A stretch of DNA of 32,000 bases. Source: an uncultured Alphaproteobacteria bacterium. GTDB taxonomy: Bacteria; Pseudomonadota; Alphaproteobacteria; Rs-D84. Position numbers and translations under genes: made by a program. The notes under the pieces are model-generated. The model was given only the letters and a program-made list of their open reading frames with translations, searched no databases and had not been told where the DNA came from. Shown here piece by piece: positions 8,468 through 17,740 of the stretch (its first letter is position 1; each line of letters opens with the position of its first letter). The stretch covers positions 570,001-602,000 of the forward strand of contig OZ007020.1 in NCBI GenBank assembly GCA_963931495.1. Direction: 5' to 3'.

Positions 8468-8813
8468 CTTTTTTGCCCTTTCTTTTCGCCAATTTGCATT
8501 CCAGTCCCGTATTGCCGGTTATATTTAGTGTGTAATATGATAATGTTCCGGTCATTTGGGCATTGCTGAAAACATTTGCGGTATTGACAATTGCCGGACC
8601 ATCCAGGGTGCCGTGTAAAAACAAGTTTGTTGCCGTGATTTTTCCGGCCACACGCCCGCCCCGCCCGATTACAACAGTATCGGCGGTTATGTTTCCGATA
8701 ACGTTACCGTGAATTTGCACAGAATGGTCGGTTTTTATGTCGCCCGTCAGTTTGCACCCGGCGCCAATAATTGTTGGTGATGTTTTTTCTTTTGCGTTTG
8801 TAAATGCCAGCAT
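8460..8813 (-). CDS. Bactofilin (DUF583 polymer-forming cytoskeletal protein)
   Basis: Beta-helical repeat pattern IIGAGCKLTGDIKTDHSVQIHGNVIGNITADTVVIGRGGRVAGKITATNLFLHGTLDG is typical of bactofilin/CcmA. Confidence 0.85.
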   Translation of the reverse strand: MLAFTNAKEKTSPTIIGAGCKLTGDIKTDHSVQIHGNVIGNITADTVVIGRGGRVAGKITATNLFLHGTLDGPAIVNTANVFSNAQMTGTLSYYTLNITGNTGLECKLAKRKGKKDE

Positions 8814-8814
8814 T

Positions 8815-10101
8815 TTATTCTTCCTTTACAAATTTTGTTGGGTCAAAAGGTACACCCTTGTACCGAATTTCATAGTGCAAGTGTGGCCCCGTAGAACGAC
8901 CAGTTGAACCCGCCAGTCCAACAACAGTGCCTGGGCGTACCCAATCGCCACGCGTAACCATTATTTGCGACAGGTGGGCGTATAATGTTGTAAATCCCAA
9001 CCCGTGGTCAATTTCAACCGTTGTGCCGTATCCAACGCGGTCACCCGCAGATACAACGCGACCGGGGGCAACCGCAAACAATTCTGTACCAATTTTGCCG
9101 GCAAAATCAATACCGCGATGTTTCTTTTGTTCACTGGTAAATGGGTCGGTGCGTGTGCCGTACCGTGACGTTACGCGGACATTTTCAACCGGCGCGCCAA
9201 GCGGTAATACGCGATCCAGTTTAGACAGACCGTTCCACAGTTCTAAATCATCAGCCAATTTTTGATATTTTGGATCCAAGTCTTTATCAAATTCAATTGG
9301 GCTGAACGCGGCGCCAACCAATGGATTAGAAAATTTATTCGCATTACGTATCAAAACTTTTTGTGTCAGCCCCAGTGATGCAATTGTTGTATTGATGTTA
9401 TTCATACTGGCGCGTAATGCGTCAATGTTTTCGGTGGCCAGTTTTGATACAGTATCAAATATCTGTGCATCGGCCGCCGCAACACTTTGCATTTGTTCCA
9501 CTAATTGGGTGTTGCGTTTTTTCAGTTCCGCGTTTTCGGCACGCGTCAGTTCCAAATCAACAGATAATTCAGACAATTTGGTATGTTCGGGGGCATAGTC
9601 AGAATTTGTGAACATTTCGTTCAATCGCGTGCGCAGAAAATCCAGTTCGCCCCATGTTTTTAACTGGTCATTCATCAGGTTTTGTTTTTCGGATTCTGAT
9701 AATTCAGACGCGTTTAATATCTTGTCATCAATTATATTCAAATTGCGCGTCAGTTCGTTATATTTTTCCATATATGTTTGCAAATCTGTCATTTGACGCA
9801 CGTGCAAAGATTTCATTTCTTCCAGTTGCTGGGTGCGATGCTGTAACATTGGCCGGTGATAAATAAATACGTATGTTGACCATGTTGCCCATATAACCAA
9901 CCCAATCTTGCCGCAGAATTTGGTGAAACGCCAAAAACTGCTTTGCTGGAATGTATAAACGTTGCCACGTGGAATATCCATCACCGTGAATTCACGTGGT
10001 GGAAACACACGGCATATGGCGCGCCACAGCGCACGAAACGGCGATGTTATAAACGCCCATAATGATGTAAAATATTTCGTTATAAAGTTTATCATATCCA
10101 C
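8815..10101 (-). CDS. Bitopic M23 (LytM-domain) metallopeptidase with TM segment and coiled coil
   Basis: The C-terminus HRGIDFAG...GRVVSAG...GYGTTVEIDHG...TLYAHLS...GSTGRSTGPHLHYEI carries the HxxxD and HxH M23 motifs. There is an N-terminal TM segment (IGLVIWATWSTYVFIY) and a long heptad-like region. Confidence 0.9.
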   Translation of the reverse strand: MDMINFITKYFTSLWAFITSPFRALWRAICRVFPPREFTVMDIPRGNVYTFQQSSFWRFTKFCGKIGLVIWATWSTYVFIYHRPMLQHRTQQLEEMKSLHVRQMTDLQTYMEKYNELTRNLNIIDDKILNASELSESEKQNLMNDQLKTWGELDFLRTRLNEMFTNSDYAPEHTKLSELSVDLELTRAENAELKKRNTQLVEQMQSVAAADAQIFDTVSKLATENIDALRASMNNINTTIASLGLTQKVLIRNANKFSNPLVGAAFSPIEFDKDLDPKYQKLADDLELWNGLSKLDRVLPLGAPVENVRVTSRYGTRTDPFTSEQKKHRGIDFAGKIGTELFAVAPGRVVSAGDRVGYGTTVEIDHGLGFTTLYAHLSQIMVTRGDWVRPGTVVGLAGSTGRSTGPHLHYEIRYKGVPFDPTKFVKEE

Positions 10102-10778
10102 CCCAGTCTAGCCAAAGTGGAATTAATAGTCAAGCCATCACGTAATACGGGTTCATAGTTCATTGGCAGTCCGTTATACAGTTTGTCACCGCCACCTGTA
10201 CCAATGCGACAGCGTATCAAGACGCGTTCGGCGTTCTGTTTGGCACCAAACAGCGGCACGATTGTTATGTCGCCGCAGTTGGCGCCGCGCATCGCAAAAA
10301 CAGCATCAGACATTCGGGATGCATCAATTATGATGCAACAGTATCCACGTGGCCGAACGCGGGCAATGCATTTGCGCGTCCATTGAATAATGTCTGTGTT
10401 ATGGTGGGCGTTATGATGTGCCGGTGTGCCGGTGAAATATGGCGGATTGGTTATGACCGCGTCAAATGTGCGTGGGGTGCGCCACGACATTATGTCGGCG
10501 TTTATCAGTTCAATATCGCAATTATTTAATTCGGCGTTTCGGGCGCATTCGGTCAACATTTTGTCTGATATATCAATTCCGGTAAGTTTAATGTTCGGGT
10601 TGTGGGCGTTCAGGCATAATCCAACCCCACCAGTACCAATACCAACGTCCAGTACGGTTCTTATTTTTTCTGGGACAAATGCGGCCAGCCATGCGGCATC
10701 AGATGTGGCATTGTATTCACCGCGAAACATCCGAACGCGACCGCCCAGCATGGTAAAAATTGCTTGTTTTTGCGCCAT
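10092..10778 (-). CDS. Class I SAM-dependent N6-adenine methyltransferase, TrmN6/YfiC-like
   Basis: VLDVGIGTGGVGLCL is SAM motif I and ITNPPYF is the NPPY catalytic motif. ATG at 10778 is preferred. The gene end overlaps the M23 start by 10 nt. Confidence 0.7.
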   Translation of the reverse strand: MAQKQAIFTMLGGRVRMFRGEYNATSDAAWLAAFVPEKIRTVLDVGIGTGGVGLCLNAHNPNIKLTGIDISDKMLTECARNAELNNCDIELINADIMSWRTPRTFDAVITNPPYFTGTPAHHNAHHNTDIIQWTRKCIARVRPRGYCCIIIDASRMSDAVFAMRGANCGDITIVPLFGAKQNAERVLIRCRIGTGGGDKLYNGLPMNYEPVLRDGLTINSTLARLGWI

Positions 10779-10816
10779 ATGTATATAATAATTCAACAAA
10801 ATAAAAAGGCAAGTTT

Positions 10817-11824
10817 ATGTTTGATGATACCGTTATTGTGCAAAGTGCCATCAGTGCGTTTAATAACGTTGCGCTGGTTGCGCCGGGGTTCTTGTGGTCG
10901 GCGATTTTGTCAGTGCCGTTGTTCTTGATTGTGTATTATTGTGGCGACGCATTTATGCAGCGGTTTGGCTGGACCAGTGGGAATATAAATCGGCGGGTTT
11001 CAATCATAACAGTTTTGTTAATACTGGGGTGGTTATTGCTGTTTGGCGGAAATTATGCGGTTTTGCGTGATAATTTAACGGTTTTGCCGTTTGCAATGGC
11101 TGGGATGTTGTTCTTGGCGGCGATGTTTATTGGGGCGTGGTATAAAGAATTAAAAATACCACAGTATCGCAATCTGTCGCGGTGGGGAAAGTTTTGTGTG
11201 GTCATTGCGTGGGTAATCTTGTTTGCTGTGGCCGGGTTGTCAGATATGCATGCGTGGTGGGGGCCAATAATGCAAATCAGTGCGCTGGGGGTTGGTATAG
11301 TGTTGGGGCGCATGATTGGTGACAAGGTCCGTGATGTGCCATTTGTGCTGGTTTTAATGTTTGGTGTTGCAGTATTGTTGTTAATGCAGCCAGAATTTTT
11401 CCGGTTTGGGCAATTGGGGGCACTGACGCCATTTCATTTGTTGGCACTGGTTTTAATGTCAATGGCGGTAATGGCAACGTTCGCTGTGCGCATGGTGCGG
11501 CCGCGTGGGCGTATTCGTCACAGTGTGTATGTTAAATTAAAGTGGTTGTTGCGATTGATTTCTGTGTTGTGTATGGCGCTGTTTGTGCTGACAGAATCTG
11601 TGCCGGTCTTTATCGGAATGTCTGGGCTGTTGTTTGTTGTGTTCGTAATTTCTGTGTGGCACGCATCAAGTATTAATGCACATCTGGGCAATCGTATGTT
11701 TGCAATTGCGTTGATGCTGTTCGGGGTGTTGACAACAATGCCGGCGATTTCTGCGCTGGGGATTTTGCGTTGGGTCAGTTTGCCGACAGAAAACAGATGG
11801 CAGCAATTAAAATTCTTGTTATAA
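10817..11824 (+). CDS. Polytopic inner-membrane protein, unknown function
   Basis: 335 aa, hydrophobic throughout, with about 9-10 predicted helices. No motif recognised. Confidence 0.55.
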   Translation: MFDDTVIVQSAISAFNNVALVAPGFLWSAILSVPLFLIVYYCGDAFMQRFGWTSGNINRRVSIITVLLILGWLLLFGGNYAVLRDNLTVLPFAMAGMLFLAAMFIGAWYKELKIPQYRNLSRWGKFCVVIAWVILFAVAGLSDMHAWWGPIMQISALGVGIVLGRMIGDKVRDVPFVLVLMFGVAVLLLMQPEFFRFGQLGALTPFHLLALVLMSMAVMATFAVRMVRPRGRIRHSVYVKLKWLLRLISVLCMALFVLTESVPVFIGMSGLLFVVFVISVWHASSINAHLGNRMFAIALMLFGVLTTMPAISALGILRWVSLPTENRWQQLKFLL

Positions 11825-11837
11825 TTTGTTATATTTA

Positions 11838-11864
11838 TTGAATACACTTTTTTGCGCATATAAT
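11838..11864 (+). promoter_or_regulatory. Candidate promoter for lpxA-lpxB
   Basis: TTGAAT (11838-11843), a 15-nt spacer, then TATAAT (11859-11864). The spacer is short, so the call is tentative. Confidence 0.35.
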
Positions 11865-11913
11865 GTATCATTCGTTCCGATAAATATGTAAAGATTAAAC
11901 AGGCTGGGTTAAA

Positions 11914-12711
11914 ATGATACATCCAACAGCAATTGTTCATGATGGCGCCGTTATTGGCGCAGATTGTAAAATCGGACCTTTTTGTATCGTCGGACCAAAT
12001 GTTGTGTTGGGCGATCGTGTTGAATTAGTGTCTAATGTTATAATTGATGGGAAAACGTTCATAGGTGACGATTCTATTGTTTATCCGTTCGCCGTACTGG
12101 GGGTAATGAGCCAAGATTTGAAATGGCAAGATGAAGCAGCAATGACAGGATTGCGTATCGGTAAACGCTGTAAAATCCGTGAATATGTAACAATACATTC
12201 GGGAACACCGGCGTCTGATGGAACGGTTATCGGGGATGATTGCCAGATAATGGTTAATGCCCACGTTGGACACGACTGTAAAATTGGCAACAGTGTTGTT
12301 ATGTCAAATGTTGTTCAGGTGGCCGGACATGTTGAAATAGAAGATTTTGCAATATTGTCTGGGGGGGTTATGGTATTGCAATTCGCACGTATTGGGCGCA
12401 ATGCATTTATCGGTGGTATGTCTGGGGTTGGTAATGATGTGTTGCCATATGCAATATATGATGGTGCGCCACGTGCGGTATATCGCACGATTAATCGTGT
12501 TGGTTTGATGCGACACGGTTTTACAAACGAAGATATGCATGCCATACATACAGTGTATGCGGCGGTGTTTCACAGTAATGATGGTACTGTTACAGAACGA
12601 TTGGCCCGCATACGCAAAGAAGTTAAAAATAATAAATATGCCATGGACGCAATTGATTTCATAGAAAATCGGTCAAAACGTGGTATTGGTACATCGCGTG
12701 ATGCAGAATAG
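11914..12711 (+). CDS. lpxA: Acyl-ACP--UDP-N-acetylglucosamine O-acyltransferase
   Basis: MIHPTAIVHDGAVIGADCKIGPFCIVGPNVVLG shows left-handed beta-helix hexapeptide repeats. The protein is 265 aa with an LpxA-type C-terminal helical domain. Confidence 0.9.
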   Translation: MIHPTAIVHDGAVIGADCKIGPFCIVGPNVVLGDRVELVSNVIIDGKTFIGDDSIVYPFAVLGVMSQDLKWQDEAAMTGLRIGKRCKIREYVTIHSGTPASDGTVIGDDCQIMVNAHVGHDCKIGNSVVMSNVVQVAGHVEIEDFAILSGGVMVLQFARIGRNAFIGGMSGVGNDVLPYAIYDGAPRAVYRTINRVGLMRHGFTNEDMHAIHTVYAAVFHSNDGTVTERLARIRKEVKNNKYAMDAIDFIENRSKRGIGTSRDAE

Positions 12712-13849
12712 AAAAAAAATCAAAGTCTTTATTATCGCAGGTGAAGTGTCTGGGGATATATTGGGCGCAAAGATAATGCGTGAATTGCCGGATGCTGATT
12801 TTATTGGTGTCGGTGGCGAAAATATGGTTGCCGCGGGGCTGAACAGTATGTTTCCTATGTCTGATTTGGCAGTGATGGGAATTATAGAGGTTGTTGCCCA
12901 TGCAAGAACATTGACGCGACGCATTTCCCAGACTGTTCGTGCAATTATCGCTTCGCGGCCAGATGTTGTATTGACGATTGATTCGCCGGGATTTGCCAAA
13001 AGCGTTGTTGAAAAATTACGCAAGAATTCAGATGGAAAAAAACTGATTGCGGATGGATTGCGATTTCATCATGTTGTTGCACCCCAGGTTTGGGCATGGC
13101 GTTCAGGGCGTGCTAAAAAATACGCCCAGATATTTGATAAGTTATACGCGTTTTTTGATTTTGAAGTTCCGTATTTTACTAAATATGGATTAGATACTGT
13201 GGCGGTTGGCCACCCTATTGCAGACGGTTTAATTGGATATCAATCAAAGCATAAAAAAATAAATAATGAAAAAATTATTGCAATCATCCCAGGCAGTCGT
13301 ATGTCAGAAGTAAAAAGATTAATGCCATTGTTCCAGGATGTGGTTGGGCAACTGGTTGCAAATGGATATAACGATTATCGCTTTGTTATACCGACTGTTG
13401 AAACGACAGATGGGTTTATTCGTGAACATGTAAAGCGTTGGGGGGTGCAGCCGGAAATAATTCCGTCAAAATCACGGTATGATTTATATGCGCAAACTTA
13501 TATTGCAATTGCCGCCAGTGGAACAGTATCGGCGGAATTGGCGATGTTACATGTTCCGTCGGTGATTGTTTATAAAATGAATCCTGTGACGGTGTGGTTG
13601 GCACGACATTTGTTGCAAGTCAAATGGGTTTCGTTGGTAAATATATTATTAAATCGTTCTGTATACCCTGAATGTCTGGGGCCAAATGCAACGACAGAAA
13701 ATATATTAGATAATGTTCGCCAGTTAAGCATACCAAGTGTTCGTGAAAATATGATTTCTGGATTAAAATCAGCAGATAATTTATGGCGGCGTCCAAATGG
13801 TGCGCCGGCGGCGTTGATTGCCCAGTCGGTGCGAAATTCAGTGAAATAG
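12701..13849 (+). CDS. lpxB: Lipid-A-disaccharide synthase
   Basis: KVFIIAGEVSGDILGAKIM, SPGFA, PQVWAWR and PGSR are LpxB (GT19) motifs. ATG 12701 overlaps the lpxA stop by 11 nt. Confidence 0.9.
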   Translation: MQNRKKIKVFIIAGEVSGDILGAKIMRELPDADFIGVGGENMVAAGLNSMFPMSDLAVMGIIEVVAHARTLTRRISQTVRAIIASRPDVVLTIDSPGFAKSVVEKLRKNSDGKKLIADGLRFHHVVAPQVWAWRSGRAKKYAQIFDKLYAFFDFEVPYFTKYGLDTVAVGHPIADGLIGYQSKHKKINNEKIIAIIPGSRMSEVKRLMPLFQDVVGQLVANGYNDYRFVIPTVETTDGFIREHVKRWGVQPEIIPSKSRYDLYAQTYIAIAASGTVSAELAMLHVPSVIVYKMNPVTVWLARHLLQVKWVSLVNILLNRSVYPECLGPNATTENILDNVRQLSIPSVRENMISGLKSADNLWRRPNGAPAALIAQSVRNSVK

Positions 13850-13865
13850 ATGATAAATCATTGTT

Positions 13866-13907
13866 CAAAAAATAGTGTCAGTTAAACAATGACACTATTT
13901 TTATTTT
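13866..13907. terminator. Bidirectional terminator between lpxB and the convergent 861-aa gene
   Basis: 10-bp stem aatagtgtca / tgacactatt (13871-13880 / 13890-13899), with an A-run upstream and a T-run downstream. Confidence 0.7.
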
Positions 13908-13939
13908 GCGAACAATTATACGGATATGCGTTATTTCGT

Positions 13940-16525
13940 TTACATCACACCCAGTGGCAGATAGTCCAAAATCGCATCATCTGGGGTGGCGCATTTACCA
14001 TTGCTTTCATAACCATTTATTGGACATACCTGGTTTCCTGTTGTTGGTGCCTTGGTACACCAATTTTCCGATGGCTGGGATGATGTTATGGCGTCCGGAC
14101 TGGAATATGCCGAAGAACACATTGCATCATTCGCAGCACTGGTAACAGGTACAGCGGCAACGCATTTTGGTGATTTGCCCCATTTGCTGCGACGGCCACC
14201 GTTTTCCCAGCACAAACATGCGCCCCATGATTGGGTATCAACACTGGAATCATAGTCGCGCGGACACATGTATTCGCCGGTACCGACGGCATAGTATGCG
14301 GACAACGTTTTGTATTCCAGCGAGTCGGTAAATGTTGATTTGCAGAAATTGGTTTCATCGTACGCATCATATTTGATGATCTGGTATTCAACAAAGCGGC
14401 CTTGCAAGTTATTACACTGGGTTGTTAACGAGTCAATGATTTGACTGTAAATTTCTGTGGCCACCCCGGTTGCGCGTGGTATCCGGTGATCTATTGGTGT
14501 GGAATTTGCGGTGGATGCGAATGTTCCGTATACTTGCTGGGCGCCATTTGATGCAACGACAAAATCACTTTCGCCACTGCGGTTGGCGTTGATTCTGTCA
14601 AATCCACCAAATGCCTTGGTTATAATTTCGTCTGTATTGCATGTTTCTATGCTGGTCAGTTGTTCTGCGCATTTTGATAATATTACCTTGTTTCCATTTT
14701 TGTCATAATCGTATAAAGTGAACCAATCCAGTGCGGTTCCAGATTGGAACAATCCACTGTACGGGTAATAGAAGTTTTCATAGTTTGTGCCACCAAAGTT
14801 GTCAAAGCATTGCTTTACAACGGCACGACATGCGGTTAATACATCTTCGTCTTTTCTGTTGTTTACATAATCAACGATAATGTCATTGCCGGTTTCGTTT
14901 TTGAACATCAGGTTGCAAGAATTGACATAATCTGTACACATTTCTTGGGTCAGTGCGATTTTGTCCGGTTGCAAAACAGTTGTATATTCACCGACCAATT
15001 CTGCCATTGCGGCGGTTAATCCACTTTCACTGTTTGTGTAACATGCGGTTATGAAATCAAAGCATCCTTGTTTGATTTCGCGAACCTTGGATTGTTGGGC
15101 ATAGTATATGTCTAACATTGCCTTGTCCAGATATTCGGACCAAACTGTATCGGCCTGTTCCGTGCATTTATCCAGTGCGGGTTCAGCAAATTTCTTTACA
15201 CGTTTTTCAAAATTTTGTACGAATGGGCGATTTGTAATATTTTTTGCCAATTTTTGTTCGCTGGCTTCAACGCCATCGGCGAATTGTAACAATTCGCCCA
15301 ATTCATAAAAGTTTTCAACACCGGCAATTGGGGAACCGGTTGATACATCAATAAATTCGCCATTGTCCAGACATTTATGATATCCGGCGCCACAAACTTC
15401 TTCACTTAATATTGCAGATTCAACATTGGCGATACATGTTGCGATATCATCCGAGTTATGCTTTTGCCGGTTTTCAACGCGGGCTAAATCCAACAAAGCA
15501 CTGCTTTCGCGGACGGCAGATTTCATTTCTTTCTTTTTTAATTCAATCGCAGATGACACCGCGTTACAATCTTGTTCAATTGCCATCAGATATGCGGTAA
15601 CGGCGCGTTGCAACTGGGCATCTGTACAATCGTCGCGGACGGCGTTTCGGCACTGGGGGTATACCGCATTATATAAATTCACGCCGTTATATGTGGCGAT
15701 AACTTGGCCTGCATCGGTCATGCCAAATGCATTTGTGGTATCAAATGCCAATGTAATGCTGTTCAGGTCGGAATATCGCCCACCCACCGACGAATCTTCG
15801 CCACGAATAGAATTCATAATCGCCTGTAATAATTGTTTTGATGCAGATGTGTCAGATGTTAATGCATTTTCCCCTTCGGATGCGGTTTTCATGGCCGTTG
15901 CCTGGGCCGCCGTCATTCCGACAACATCCAGGTTTTCGGTAAATACAGTTAATTGATCACTGGCATCTTGCATAACGTCACGTATTTCCGTCAAATCATA
16001 TACGCGATCGCTGCAAGAACAACGGCGGTAATCATCATTTTTCAGTTCACAAAATTGGTCCATACATGTGAAATACGCAGTTTTGCATCGTTCGTATTCG
16101 GCACCAGTGCGCGTTTGCGACATCGCCGATGTTGTGTCATTGGTATCAGCCGCGCGGGCGACAACGTTCGCGTTGCTGGTTGTTGCTGTGCGCGCGTTTA
16201 CTGTTGTGCGTCCAGAATCACGCGCCGCACCACGTGAATTGGCCGGGCGACTTATAACATTGCCGTTTTGCGCACGTGTTGATTGGGTTGATTGGCGTGG
16301 GGTGGTAACGCCACGCGATATTACGGCCGAACGCGTGTTTGTGGCACCGGTGGATGTTGCGGAACGCGGTGTCGCGCCCGATGCGCGTGGTGTGGACACA
16401 GTGCGCGATTGTACCGTGTTTGTATTTTGCGATTGCCGATTTGTTGCGTTTTCATCACGCACGGCCGCATCAGCAATGCCGATGAACGCTGCAAAAATCC
16501 CGATAAAATAAAGAATCTTCCTCAT
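13940..16525 (-). CDS. Large (861 aa) cysteine-rich secreted protein, uncharacterised
   Basis: Signal peptide MRKILYFIGIFAAFIGIADA. About 115 aa of Arg/Thr/Ser/Ala/Asn-rich low complexity follow, then a long Cys-rich region including CGAGYHKC and VCPINGYESNGKC. It is flanked by a terminator. Confidence 0.7.
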   Translation of the reverse strand: MRKILYFIGIFAAFIGIADAAVRDENATNRQSQNTNTVQSRTVSTPRASGATPRSATSTGATNTRSAVISRGVTTPRQSTQSTRAQNGNVISRPANSRGAARDSGRTTVNARTATTSNANVVARAADTNDTTSAMSQTRTGAEYERCKTAYFTCMDQFCELKNDDYRRCSCSDRVYDLTEIRDVMQDASDQLTVFTENLDVVGMTAAQATAMKTASEGENALTSDTSASKQLLQAIMNSIRGEDSSVGGRYSDLNSITLAFDTTNAFGMTDAGQVIATYNGVNLYNAVYPQCRNAVRDDCTDAQLQRAVTAYLMAIEQDCNAVSSAIELKKKEMKSAVRESSALLDLARVENRQKHNSDDIATCIANVESAILSEEVCGAGYHKCLDNGEFIDVSTGSPIAGVENFYELGELLQFADGVEASEQKLAKNITNRPFVQNFEKRVKKFAEPALDKCTEQADTVWSEYLDKAMLDIYYAQQSKVREIKQGCFDFITACYTNSESGLTAAMAELVGEYTTVLQPDKIALTQEMCTDYVNSCNLMFKNETGNDIIVDYVNNRKDEDVLTACRAVVKQCFDNFGGTNYENFYYPYSGLFQSGTALDWFTLYDYDKNGNKVILSKCAEQLTSIETCNTDEIITKAFGGFDRINANRSGESDFVVASNGAQQVYGTFASTANSTPIDHRIPRATGVATEIYSQIIDSLTTQCNNLQGRFVEYQIIKYDAYDETNFCKSTFTDSLEYKTLSAYYAVGTGEYMCPRDYDSSVDTQSWGACLCWENGGRRSKWGKSPKCVAAVPVTSAANDAMCSSAYSSPDAITSSQPSENWCTKAPTTGNQVCPINGYESNGKCATPDDAILDYLPLGVM

Positions 16526-16637
16526 TTCTATGGAAATGGTAGCAAAATTGCAAAATTCAGGGCAAGTAAAATATGTGATTATTTACAAGAATTCTTTCCC
16601 GCAGACTTTTGCACATCAATATGATAGCGTTGCCAGC

Positions 16638-17237
16638 ATGAATAAATCAAGACTTGAAGCGTTTAGTGATGGATTGTTTTCGGTTGTGATTACAATTATG
16701 GTGTTGGAATTAAATCCGCCTGGGGATGTTACGTGGCAATCACTGAAACCGCTGATACCCATATTTCTTAGTTATGTGTTAAGTTTTGTATATGGGGCAA
16801 TTTTTTGGATAAATCATCATCATTTATTGGCGGCAACGCGACGGATAAACAGCGCTGTATTATGGGCGAATTTGCTGTTCTTGTTTTGGTTGTCGTTGAT
16901 ACCATTTTTTACCGCGTGGGTTGATGAAAATCATGCGGCACCAATACCGGTGGCGGCATATGGGTTGGCATTATTTATGGTTGTTGCATCGTACAGAATA
17001 CTGGAAATTGTTTTGTTTCGTATTCATGATACAGATGCGTTGCTGGTGCGAATATTACGCCCAGGACGACGGGAAAAGTTTTCAATGGTGGCGTTTTTGT
17101 TGGCGGTGCCATTGGCGCTGGTACATCCGTTCATATCAATGGGGATATATATAGCCGTTGCCGCAATTTGGTTCTTGCCGGAACGGGGGCTGGAACGCGC
17201 GCTGATGCGGCGCGATATATGTGCCACGCAACAGTAA
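16638..17237 (+). CDS. TMEM175/DUF1211-family membrane protein (putative K+ channel)
   Basis: MNKSRLEAFSDGLFSVVITIMVLEL carries the RxxxFSD TM1 signature of the TMEM175 family, followed by about six hydrophobic helices. ATG 16638 is preferred over the track start. Confidence 0.8.
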   Translation: MNKSRLEAFSDGLFSVVITIMVLELNPPGDVTWQSLKPLIPIFLSYVLSFVYGAIFWINHHHLLAATRRINSAVLWANLLFLFWLSLIPFFTAWVDENHAAPIPVAAYGLALFMVVASYRILEIVLFRIHDTDALLVRILRPGRREKFSMVAFLLAVPLALVHPFISMGIYIAVAAIWFLPERGLERALMRRDICATQQ

Positions 17238-17250
17238 GATAATTTTTATG

Positions 17251-17277
17251 TTGCAAAATATTCAAACATAATATAAT
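17251..17277 (+). promoter_or_regulatory. Candidate promoter of tRNA-Leu/Ala unit
   Basis: TTGCAA (17251-17256) and TATAAT (17272-17277) with a 15-nt spacer. The tRNA starts 14 nt after the -10. Confidence 0.4.
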
Positions 17278-17290
17278 ATACCATGGCGTC

Positions 17291-17377
17291 GCGGATATGG
17301 CGGAACTGGTAGACGCGCTAGTTTCAGGTACTAGTGGCAGCAATGCCTTGGAGGTTCAAGTCCTCTTATCCGCACCA
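17291..17377 (+). tRNA. tRNA-Leu(CAG), class II with long variable arm, CCA encoded
   Basis: Acceptor GCGGATA/TATCCGC. Anticodon stem CTAGT/ACTAG with loop TTCAGGT. T-arm GGAGGTTCAAGTCCTCT. Close to the canonical bacterial tRNA-Leu sequence. Confidence 0.9.
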
Positions 17378-17385
17378 AAGTTTTT

Positions 17386-17461
17386 GGGGTTGTAGCTCAG
17401 TTGATAGAGCGCTACGTTCGCATCGTAGAGGTCGTGGGTTTGAGTCCCATCAGCTCCACCA
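17386..17461 (+). tRNA. tRNA-Ala(CGC), CCA encoded
   Basis: Acceptor GGGGTTG/CAGCTCC with the G3:U70 Ala identity pair. Anticodon loop TTCGCAT. Confidence 0.9.
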
Positions 17462-17471
17462 AAATTTTATT

Positions 17472-17493
17472 GCCGCCGTTTGGCGGTTTTTTA
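17472..17493 (+). terminator. Weak terminator after tRNA-Ala
   Basis: Stem ccgcc / ggcgg with loop gttt, followed by a T6 run. Confidence 0.4.
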
Positions 17494-17523
17494 TTGACAA
17501 GTATGCCACGCACGCGGTAGTAT
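17494..17523 (+). promoter_or_regulatory. Candidate internal promoter for tRNA-Leu(TAA)/Val unit
   Basis: Consensus TTGACA (17494-17499), an 18-nt spacer, then TAGTAT (17518-17523). The tRNA starts at 17547. Confidence 0.5.
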
Positions 17524-17546
17524 ATTACGCAGATTTTTTAAGTTCT

Positions 17547-17633
17547 GGGGATATGGCGGAATGGTAGACGCTGAGGACTTAAAATCCTTTGGTCATTGCG
17601 ACCGTGTGGGTTCAAGTCCCACTATCCCCACCA
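17547..17633 (+). tRNA. tRNA-Leu(TAA), class II, CCA encoded
   Basis: Acceptor GGGGATA/TATCCCC. Anticodon stem GAGGA/TCCTT with loop CTTAAAA. Long variable arm and T-loop GGTTCAAGTCC. Confidence 0.9.
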
Positions 17634-17655
17634 CACAGGTTTTAACAGTGGTATT

Positions 17656-17732
17656 GGATGAGTAGCTCAGTTGGTTAGAGCATCACGTTCACATCGTGGG
17701 GGTCGTTGGTTCAAGTCCAATCTCATCCACCA
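17656..17732 (+). tRNA. tRNA-Val(CAC), CCA encoded
   Basis: Acceptor GGATGAG/CTCATCC. Anticodon loop TTCACAT. T-arm GTTGGTTCAAGTCCAAT. Confidence 0.9.
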
Positions 17733-17740
17733 ATGATAAA

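Noticed and set aside
16068-16511. Plus-strand ORFs antisense to the GC-rich parts of the 861-aa and 395-aa genes (for example 16068-16511 and 20523-20912)
   Set aside because: Locally high GC leaves few stop codons. The products are Arg/Ala/Pro-rich with no start context, so these are shadow ORFs of the confidently oriented secreted-protein genes.
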